From Dehalococcoidia bacterium (GTDB taxonomy: Bacteria > Chloroflexota > Dehalococcoidia > Lucifugimonadales > CAZENU01), in NCBI GenBank assembly GCA_965117035.1, contig OZ220748.1, positions 3,519,392 to 3,583,391 on the forward strand: a stretch of 64,000 bases of DNA, given 5' to 3'. The notes below the pieces were generated by a model. That model worked only from the letters and a program-made list of their open reading frames with translations, ran no database searches and was not told the origin of the DNA. This document shows positions 24,480 to 31,935 of the stretch, piece by piece (the stretch's first letter is position 1; each line of letters opens with the position of its first letter). The position numbers were made by a program, and so were the translations under genes.

Positions 24480-26117
24480 TCACGGGCTTGCGGGGACCGC
24501 GCCCTGCTCCTTCATCTCGATCCACTCGCTGACGTTGAAGCCGCGCCGCCCGGCCTCCGTCTCCGCCTTCTGGAGCTCCTGCCACAGCTCGAAGTCGGCC
24601 ACTTCCACTGCCGGCTGGCGGACCGCTGCCGTCGACGGTTCCTCCATCCAGTCGAAGTAGCCGGTCACGTTCATGTACGCGATGACGGCTATCGCGAGGG
24701 CGGCTGTGCCTCCGATCAGCCACCGTTGCGCCGGGCGCGCGTCCCATAGCCACTGGAGCGCCAGCGCGATGAACAGGTAGAAGAAAGGTGCGGTCCCGAC
24801 CGCCCGCGCGCCGTCCGGCGTCGCGTTGGACAGCACCTGCACCGGGAACAGCATCATCAGGAAGAAGACCCACCAGAGCAGCGTGTGCCGCCACCGCAGT
24901 AAGGATACGGCCATGCCGAGCCAGAACAGCACCGCCGTCAGCCGGTCGAGGAAGCCTCGCCCTCCCGGGATGTAGCGCGCGTTCAGGCCGACGTGCGACG
25001 AGTCCGGGTCCAGCAGGATGAATCCCTGAACGTTGCGCCAGACCTGCACGGCCATGATCTCGACGGCGTTCTTGTCGCCGAACTGGACGCGGTTCTCCTC
25101 GTTCAGTATCCACACCGCCCTGGTACGGGTCGTATAGCCTTCCCAGTTGTCCACGGCGAAGTTCAGGTGGGGCAGGAACAGCAGGGCCGCGACGGCGACC
25201 ATGACGGCGTATCCGACAAGCACACGCCTGCGGTCCTCCCAGTGCAGCGCCAGCGCTATGGGCAGATAGGCCGCGAGGGCGACGATTACGAAACGCCCGC
25301 CGGGGTAGCCGTAGAGTCCCAGGGCCGCGAACAGCCCCGTCGCCGCGTACAGGGCCAGGTGCCGTCGTCGGAGCGCCGCCGTGAAGGCCAGCAGCGCCAG
25401 CAGGGCATACAGCGCGACGTGGATGTTGTACCACCCGGCCCGGGAGAAGTGCAGGTACCACAGGCTGGTCGCCAGCAGCAGCGTCGCGGCCAGCGCGGCC
25501 GGCCTGCCCAGTTCGTTCTGGCGCGCCACGAAGTAGAACGCCGGCAGCGACAGCGTGCTGAGAACGACGCTGGCCATCCGCATGCCCGCGATCGTGTCGC
25601 CGAACACGTCCATGAACCAGCCGATCAGGTACATGCTGAAGGCGGGCGACTGCGCCCAGTCCATCCCGAAGAAGCCGGGCCCGGCGTCGGCCATGATGCG
25701 GTAGACGACCTGCAGGTTGTCCGCCTCGTCGGCCAGCACGTTCGGCGGGACGTCCGTGAGCGAGACGAGCCGCAGCGCCAGCGCCAGGGCCACGATGGCG
25801 ACGAGCGCGACCGTCTCCCAGCCGGTGAGCCCGAGCGCGTGGAGGCGCGTCCGCACCGGCTCGAGCAAGTTCGATGCCGAGGCTATATGCGGTATGCGCG
25901 GCATCGCTGCGGGCGCGACAGCTCCACCGGGCTGCGGCGCAGCCGGCAGTGGCCCGGACTCCGCCAACGGCGTCCCGCACGCGTCGCAGAACCGGTGGCC
26001 GATGGGATTCGGGGTCGAACAGGAGTTGCAGGCGACGTCGGCCCGCAGGCCGCGCCCGCAATCGCCGCAGAACTTCGCCCGCGGCAGGTTCTCGTAGCTA
26101 CACCAGGGGCAGTCCAT
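24480..26117 (-). CDS. Membrane glycosyltransferase, GT-C fold (PMT/ArnT-like, GT39/GT83-type) with N-terminal double zinc ribbon
   Basis: N-terminal CPWC-x11-CGDC-x10-CNSC-x11-CDAC. At least 10 hydrophobic helices follow. The first extracytoplasmic loop carries the acidic motif LADEADN, as in GT-C enzymes. Confidence 0.75.
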   Translation of the reverse strand: MDCPWCSYENLPRAKFCGDCGRGLRADVACNSCSTPNPIGHRFCDACGTPLAESGPLPAAPQPGGAVAPAAMPRIPHIASASNLLEPVRTRLHALGLTGWETVALVAIVALALALRLVSLTDVPPNVLADEADNLQVVYRIMADAGPGFFGMDWAQSPAFSMYLIGWFMDVFGDTIAGMRMASVVLSTLSLPAFYFVARQNELGRPAALAATLLLATSLWYLHFSRAGWYNIHVALYALLALLAFTAALRRRHLALYAATGLFAALGLYGYPGGRFVIVALAAYLPIALALHWEDRRRVLVGYAVMVAVAALLFLPHLNFAVDNWEGYTTRTRAVWILNEENRVQFGDKNAVEIMAVQVWRNVQGFILLDPDSSHVGLNARYIPGGRGFLDRLTAVLFWLGMAVSLLRWRHTLLWWVFFLMMLFPVQVLSNATPDGARAVGTAPFFYLFIALALQWLWDARPAQRWLIGGTAALAIAVIAYMNVTGYFDWMEEPSTAAVRQPAVEVADFELWQELQKAETEAGRRGFNVSEWIEMKEQGAVPASP

Positions 26118-26333
26118 CTTCGGTGAGTCGGCTCCAGGCGAGGGTCATGAAGCTCCGGACGCAGTGTGGCCGCATCGTGGTCGGTCCAGGGGATGCCCGC
26201 AGCCACGCCGGTCACGCAATTCGGGAGAGATGATACCATCGGATCGGGCCAGTGCCAGATCGCCTGGATTCGCGGATCCGTCCGACATCGTTCACTCGGC
26301 CCGGATTCGCGTACCGCCGAGGAGGTGCGTGCC

Positions 26334-29300
26334 ATGGCATTCCTCAGGTCCGTACGACCGCTCTGGGGACTAACGGTCGTACTGGCTCTGGCTACGGCCG
26401 TCGCCTTCTCTGTCGTCTACGAGGCCCGCGGTCCCGACCGGGCCATCGACGCCCAATCCCCGGAGATCCGCATCGACTCCGTGAGTCCCGTGCCTCCCGC
26501 CTGCATCGTGTTGAGCTCGGATGTCGTCAGCCAACGGACGCTGACGATTACCGGCCGGAATCTGGCGGCCACGTCGGACACGAGGCTTCAGTTCCGGCTG
26601 GTGGGCAGCATAGACATCTCCATCCTATTCGGTCTGCAGGTGAACTGGGAGAGCGACACGCGCATCACGCTGGACATGGGCGAGATCAGGAGAAGCCTGT
26701 GGACCTTCAAGGTCATGAATATGCAGGTCCGGGTCACGGGGGAGAGGAATAAGCTCAACTCCAACTGGTCTGAGCGCTTCCTGGTCGTCAGGACCGCGGA
26801 CAGGTGCGAGGTGCAGGGGCCAACGCCGACGCCGACATGGGCGCCGGCCGAATTCCCCGCAAGGCCGGCCGTTCGCGGACTCGCGGGAGACCTCTGGGCG
26901 GACGTGATCCTCGGGAAGCCGGACTTCTCGCAGATAGTCCCCAAGAGCGTCGTTCCGTTCAAGGTGTTCAACCCCGGAGGCGTTGTCGTAGACCGCTCGA
27001 CCGATCCTGGCAGGGCGTACGTCTGGGACTCGGGCAACAGCCGTATCCTGGGCATCGATCTCGCGAAGTGCTACGACGGCCCCAGCCCATGCTCTGCCGA
27101 GATCGTGCTCGGCCAGCCATCCCTGTACGACCGTGGGGCCTGTAACCGGGACAGTGGCGTCCAGGGCTACCCGGCGCGGGCTACGGCCAGCGCCGAGACC
27201 CTGTGCGGCATGCCCGACTTCTCCCTTAGCCCGTGGGAGGCCCACAACTTCGTGACGATGGCGGTCGACAGCCGCGGCGCACTGTACGTTCCTGATTTTT
27301 CGAACAACAGGGTGTTGAAGTACAACAATCCCTTCGTCAGCGACTCCGTTGCCGACGCGGTATGGGGTCAAGCCGACTTCTCGGGCATGGACTGCAACCG
27401 CGGCGACTTCGGCCGGCCGACGTCCGAGACCATCTGCTTCGACTCGGTCACCAACAGGCTCGTGACCAACCTGCAGAGTGCGGGCGTAGAGGTCGATGAC
27501 GAGGGCAACGTGTGGGTAGCTGACACGGGCAATCACCGCGTTGTGCGTTTCTCGATGAGCTCCCTCACGGGCGCGGTCTCCAGGACCGCCAGCCTCGTCT
27601 TGGGCCAGCCGGACTTCGGGAGCGCCGAGCCCGGACGCGCCCTGAACAGGCTGTACGCGCCTTCGGCGGTCAGGATCGCTCCAGATGGCTCGGCGTACGT
27701 CGCCGATACGGGCAACAGCCGGGTGCTCGTCTTCAAGCCTCCATTCGAGTCCGGCATGGAGGCGGACTCCGAGTTCGGGTCGCAGTTGTACCATCCGACA
27801 TCGGTCGAATTCGATCCGGCCGGCCGCGGCGTGTGGGTCAACGACGCGGGGAACCGCATGGTTGAGCTGTGGGATATGGCGGGCACGTCGGTGTCGAAGG
27901 TGCTTGGGAAGGACTCCTATCGACCTGACCGAGCGTGCGGCAGACCGTTGGAGTCCCTGGCCGGCGCTCCGCACCTCTGTTACATCGCCGGAGGATTTGG
28001 GATCGACGGCAATGGGAATGTACTCGTTCCCGTGTTCCTCGCTACGGCTGACGTGATCCGGTTTGGGACCGCGGGAAGCGATCCAATCGGCCGCGCGGAC
28101 AAGCGCCTTTTCTTCCCGCCGCCGGACTCTAACTTCAAAGACCTCGAGAGCATACACTCCGCCCGTGGCGTCGCGGTCTGGAGAGACCAGCTCATAGTCT
28201 CCGACATCGCCAGGCTGATGTTCTGGAACGGGCTAGACACCCTGTCGAATGGCAGGCCAGCTGACGGCGTAGTAGGCGACGAGTTCACCTATCGGGACGG
28301 ACGCCCCTGGTGCTGCGGCAGGATCAAGGTGGACGCGGCCGGCCGACTCTGGGTCTTGTCTTTCGAGGGAAGAAAGTTCGTCGACGTCTATCAACTCCCA
28401 CTGACCGATGAATCCGTCCCGCTGTACACCGTGTGGACTGACGTCGGCGGGACCGTTCCGGTCTTGGGAGAGGACTCCGGGATACAGCTTGGCCCCGTGA
28501 TGTTCGGGGTCGCGCCGGTTGGGTCCGGGGAGTTCGTCTGGCTGAGCGATACGGACAATCATCGCGTGCTGCGCATCCGGGATCCCTTGACGAACCCGGT
28601 CGTGGACGTGGTCCTGGGACAGGAGAACGCCAGTGGGAACGAGTGCAACCGCGGCCGGTTCAAGGCAGCGGCCAGGACCTCGGTGGAGCTCCAGGCAAAC
28701 AGCGACGTGCTCTGTTTCCCGGGGGCGCTATCCATCGATCGGTTCGGCAATCTCTATGTGTCGGACCACGGGCTGGAAGTGAATGGAAACCTCCGTCTGC
28801 TGGTGTTCTCGCCTACGGCGATTCCGTCGACCAATTCGGAGGCGATATTCGCTCCGTTCGCGTCTAAAATATTCGTCCGTTCCGCTGTTGGCCGCCACAA
28901 CCTGTGGGCGGATCCTCAGGGGCGTGGAGCAGTATTTGGCGAACGCGATCTAACTCTGACGTCCGCCACATGGGAGGTTGCGTTCGACAGCACCAACAGG
29001 ATGGTAACGGGGTACAACGCCTATGTTGGCCCAAGGTTCGTTGGGGTATACGACGATCCTCTCGGCCCGGCCACACTGCCCGATGCCTTCCTCAACGACT
29101 TTGGATCAATGCCGTTCGCGGTAGCCTTCGACGACGACGACAACCTGTACGTCGGCGACATCAACCGCGCCAGGGTTCTCGTGTACCGCAATCCGTTCCA
29201 CAATCCGCCGCGGACCGCCGCGGCGCCGACTCCGGAGGCTGCGCCGCCTGTGCCCCAGTATCCGGCGACCATAGCGTCGGTCCATCCAGGCCCTCCATAT

Positions 29301-30167
29301 TGCGTGGTGCGTCGGTCTCAGCATCGCTACGAGAAGACCTTCGTCCTGGAGTTCGACGGCGACATCGGGGCGGGCGAGCATCTGGTCTTCCGCAGGGTCG
29401 TCGACGGCCACCGAGAAGGGCTCCCGCTCAACGACCGGAGCCAAGTCAGAAGGAGTGGGAATCGCATCACCGTCGACATGACACAGCTAGGGCCTCGTGC
29501 CTGGCGGGAGCGTCCGAGGCTGACGTTGACGGTACGAGTCGTCGACGGCGACTTCCGTCCGCTGTCGAACTGGTCGCCGGTGTTCCTGCTGGCCGACGAT
29601 GTCGAGACCTGCGGCGCTGCCCTGCCTACGCCCACCCCGACTCCGACGCAGACCCCGACACCAACCCACACACCGACGTCGACTCCGACCCCCACCCGAA
29701 CGCCTACGCCAAGCCCCACGCCTACGCCGACTCCCACGGCAACTATCACGCCTACCCCAACCCCCACCTCCACCCCCACGCCGACTCTGTCGCCAACGCC
29801 AATGCCCACGGCGACGTTGATGCCAACCCCAACGCCTACTCCAACCCCGACACCCAGCCCAACGGCGACACTCTCGCCTACGCCGCCCTCCACCGCGGCA
29901 TCGGAGCTGACTGCCACCGTCGCGCCCGGGACGACGCCGACGCCGCGTCCTGCGACGCCACCCACGCCGGAGTCCGCGGCGGTGCCACCGACCGCCGAGA
30001 TGCCGTCCGCACCCGAAGGCGGCGGCTGTACCGCGATCGCAGACGTACGACCCGGTGGCATCGAACTGAGCATGATGCTGCTACTGCTGTTGCCGGCCGG
30101 GCTCGCGGGGTGGAGGAGACGTCGCGGCCCGGTCACGTCGCCCAGGGATGGCGAACAGCGCCGATAA
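26334..30167 (+). CDS. Giant secreted/anchored NHL-repeat beta-propeller protein with Pro/Thr linkers and conserved C-terminal GGGC-TM-Arg tail (paralog 1)
   Basis: ATG at 26334 follows GGAGGT. There is an N-terminal signal anchor (PLWGLTVVLALATAVAF). About 10 NHL-like blades are present ([84 protein letters not shown]...). A ~125-aa PT linker leads to the tail [10 protein letters not shown]...[21 protein letters not shown]. Confidence 0.8.
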   Translation: MAFLRSVRPLWGLTVVLALATAVAFSVVYEARGPDRAIDAQSPEIRIDSVSPVPPACIVLSSDVVSQRTLTITGRNLAATSDTRLQFRLVGSIDISILFGLQVNWESDTRITLDMGEIRRSLWTFKVMNMQVRVTGERNKLNSNWSERFLVVRTADRCEVQGPTPTPTWAPAEFPARPAVRGLAGDLWADVILGKPDFSQIVPKSVVPFKVFNPGGVVVDRSTDPGRAYVWDSGNSRILGIDLAKCYDGPSPCSAEIVLGQPSLYDRGACNRDSGVQGYPARATASAETLCGMPDFSLSPWEAHNFVTMAVDSRGALYVPDFSNNRVLKYNNPFVSDSVADAVWGQADFSGMDCNRGDFGRPTSETICFDSVTNRLVTNLQSAGVEVDDEGNVWVADTGNHRVVRFSMSSLTGAVSRTASLVLGQPDFGSAEPGRALNRLYAPSAVRIAPDGSAYVADTGNSRVLVFKPPFESGMEADSEFGSQLYHPTSVEFDPAGRGVWVNDAGNRMVELWDMAGTSVSKVLGKDSYRPDRACGRPLESLAGAPHLCYIAGGFGIDGNGNVLVPVFLATADVIRFGTAGSDPIGRADKRLFFPPPDSNFKDLESIHSARGVAVWRDQLIVSDIARLMFWNGLDTLSNGRPADGVVGDEFTYRDGRPWCCGRIKVDAAGRLWVLSFEGRKFVDVYQLPLTDESVPLYTVWTDVGGTVPVLGEDSGIQLGPVMFGVAPVGSGEFVWLSDTDNHRVLRIRDPLTNPVVDVVLGQENASGNECNRGRFKAAARTSVELQANSDVLCFPGALSIDRFGNLYVSDHGLEVNGNLRLLVFSPTAIPSTNSEAIFAPFASKIFVRSAVGRHNLWADPQGRGAVFGERDLTLTSATWEVAFDSTNRMVTGYNAYVGPRFVGVYDDPLGPATLPDAFLNDFGSMPFAVAFDDDDNLYVGDINRARVLVYRNPFHNPPRTAAAPTPEAAPPVPQYPATIASVHPGPPYCVVRRSQHRYEKTFVLEFDGDIGAGEHLVFRRVVDGHREGLPLNDRSQVRRSGNRITVDMTQLGPRAWRERPRLTLTVRVVDGDFRPLSNWSPVFLLADDVETCGAALPTPTPTPTQTPTPTHTPTSTPTPTRTPTPSPTPTPTPTATITPTPTPTSTPTPTLSPTPMPTATLMPTPTPTPTPTPSPTATLSPTPPSTAASELTATVAPGTTPTPRPATPPTPESAAVPPTAEMPSAPEGGGCTAIADVRPGGIELSMMLLLLLPAGLAGWRRRRGPVTSPRDGEQRR

Positions 30168-30237
30168 AGGCCGGCGTCCGTGGGACGCGGCGGGTTACCT
30201 TGCGTATCGTTCTGTCGACGTTGACCGGGTCAAGCCT

Positions 30238-31527
30238 TCAGCCGGCGCGGGAGGCGTAGTGCAGCGCCACCTTCCGTATCGCCCTGGCGATGTCGAGGAT
30301 GTCTTCCTCGGTGAACGTGCTCAGGAATTGGATGCCGCCGACCTTCGGCAGCTCGCGCTCGATCACCGGCAGATGCAGCGCGTTGTAGTCGATGCGCCGC
30401 TTGCCGGTCTCGTCGACGAACGGGTACCCGGACTTGCCGTAGGTGCGCTCCTCGGCGAACACGGGGTAGCGGTATAGCGGCTTGCCCTGGATGTACGGGC
30501 CACCGCACAGGCCGATGCCCTCGGCCTGCATAGCCCGGCAGAACTGCTCGCAGTCGACTCCCATCTCCTCCTCGATTATCTTGAAGCCGTAGAACCAGTG
30601 CGTGCGCACGTTCCCTTCGCGCACGAGCTGGTGCCGGAAGCCGGGCAGCTCGTATGTCTCCTCGTCCAGGATCGCCGCCATTCTCCCCCTGTGCTCCTTG
30701 TACCACTGCCAGCGCTGGATCTGCGCCAGCCCGATCGCGGCCTGCAGATCGCTCATCGTGTGGAAGTCGCCTAGGAACGAGTAGCCGCGCTCCGAGCCTC
30801 TACGCTCGCTCGTCGGCCGCAGCGACTCCCGCAGCTCGTCGTCGTACTCCGACCCCTTGTGCGAGTGGCCCTTCGCGCGACGCGCCAGCGCCTCGTTGTT
30901 GGTGATGATCATGCCGCCCTGGCCGGTCGTCATCATCTTGCCGCCCAGCGAGAAGCACCCCATGTCGCCCATCGTGCCCACGAGCTGGCCCTTGTACTCG
31001 GCAAGGTGGGCCTGCGCGCAGTCCTCGATCACCGGCAGGTTGTGCCGACGGCCGATGTCCAGCACCGCGTCCATGTCGCATGGGTTGCCGAAGAGGTGGA
31101 CGACCAGTATCGCGCCCGTGCGGTCCGTGATCCGGCGCTCGATGTCCGCCGGGTCGGTGTTGAACGTGTCGCCATCCCAGTCGGCGAAGACCGGGATCAG
31201 GTTCTGGAGCAGGATGCCCTGGACGGTGCCGATGTCCGTCACCGGCGTCGTGATGATCTCGTCCCCGGGTTCGAGGTCGAGAGCGGCGACGGCCGAGTGC
31301 AGCGCCCCCGAGCCCGAGTCGGTCGCCAGCGCGTACTTGATGTCGTGCTTCTGCGCGAACTTGTCCTCGAACGCCTGGACCTTCTCCCCGGAGTTCCACC
31401 GGACCATCGCGTTCTGGACGACCTCGGTCACCTGCCGCAGGTCCTCCTCGCCGAAGAAGTGCTTGGAGCCGAAGGGCTTGGTGCGGACCGGCGTCCCGCC
31501 GTCGATTGCCAGGGTCTCGGTGGTCAT
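30238..31527 (-). CDS. DegT/DnrJ/EryC1/StrS-family PLP-dependent sugar aminotransferase
   Basis: ATG at 31527 (MTTETLAIDGGTP...) follows GGGGGAG. Family pattern DSGSGALH, IEDCAQAH, and the PLP-Lys segment CFSLGGKMMTTGQGG. Confidence 0.85.
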   Translation of the reverse strand: MTTETLAIDGGTPVRTKPFGSKHFFGEEDLRQVTEVVQNAMVRWNSGEKVQAFEDKFAQKHDIKYALATDSGSGALHSAVAALDLEPGDEIITTPVTDIGTVQGILLQNLIPVFADWDGDTFNTDPADIERRITDRTGAILVVHLFGNPCDMDAVLDIGRRHNLPVIEDCAQAHLAEYKGQLVGTMGDMGCFSLGGKMMTTGQGGMIITNNEALARRAKGHSHKGSEYDDELRESLRPTSERRGSERGYSFLGDFHTMSDLQAAIGLAQIQRWQWYKEHRGRMAAILDEETYELPGFRHQLVREGNVRTHWFYGFKIIEEEMGVDCEQFCRAMQAEGIGLCGGPYIQGKPLYRYPVFAEERTYGKSGYPFVDETGKRRIDYNALHLPVIERELPKVGGIQFLSTFTEEDILDIARAIRKVALHYASRAG

Positions 31528-31935
31528 GGCGTCTCCCCCAGGGTGTCGAGTGTTCGCCCGATGATACGCCCGCCCGTTCGCCTTGGCAACGGCGCTCGGC
31601 GGGATGGCCCTCGCCGGGAACCGCGTCTTTGGAGTCCACCGTCGGAGACCCTGCATACCTGGTCAATCCGCGCAGAGCCTGCCCCATGAAGACGGAGGCG
31701 GCAATCTTGGGGCCGTCGATGCGTGCGCCGCGTTCCCCTCAGCAACTTTGGACGCGAGGCCGCCACCTCTGCCCCGACGGCCGCCGCTCACGCAGCTTGG
31801 GGAGATGATACCATCGGACGCCTCAGACATGGACCGTCGGTCGCTTCCCTGCGGGGAACGCTTCCCATACGTGTCCGACGAGTCGATGCCCGTTTACCAG
31901 CCGCGGGTTGGCGTAACCGCCCAGAGGTGAGAGCC

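Noticed and set aside
24436-26061. Long shadow ORFs opposite or out of frame to real genes (for example 6..1445 -, 1306..2694 -, 8951..10492 -, 24436..26061 -, 41638..43941 +, 44042..45301 -, 53541..55037 +, 62662..63522 +)
   Set aside because: Their Arg/Ala/Gly/Pro-rich, motif-free translations are typical of GC-rich non-coding frames. Each overlaps a frame with clear family motifs.
26166-26333. N-terminal extensions of the two NHL genes given by the ORF track (26166 and 31723 starts)
   Set aside because: The ATGs at 26334 and 31936 have SD-like sequences and are directly followed by homologous signal-anchor sequences (PLWGL...). The extensions are not similar between the paralogs.
29327-30136. 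Antisense Gly/Val-rich ORFs opposite the PT linkers (29327..30136 -, 34533..35093 -)
   Set aside because: They are a mirror image of ACN-CCN codon repeats. The sense strand is clearly coding.
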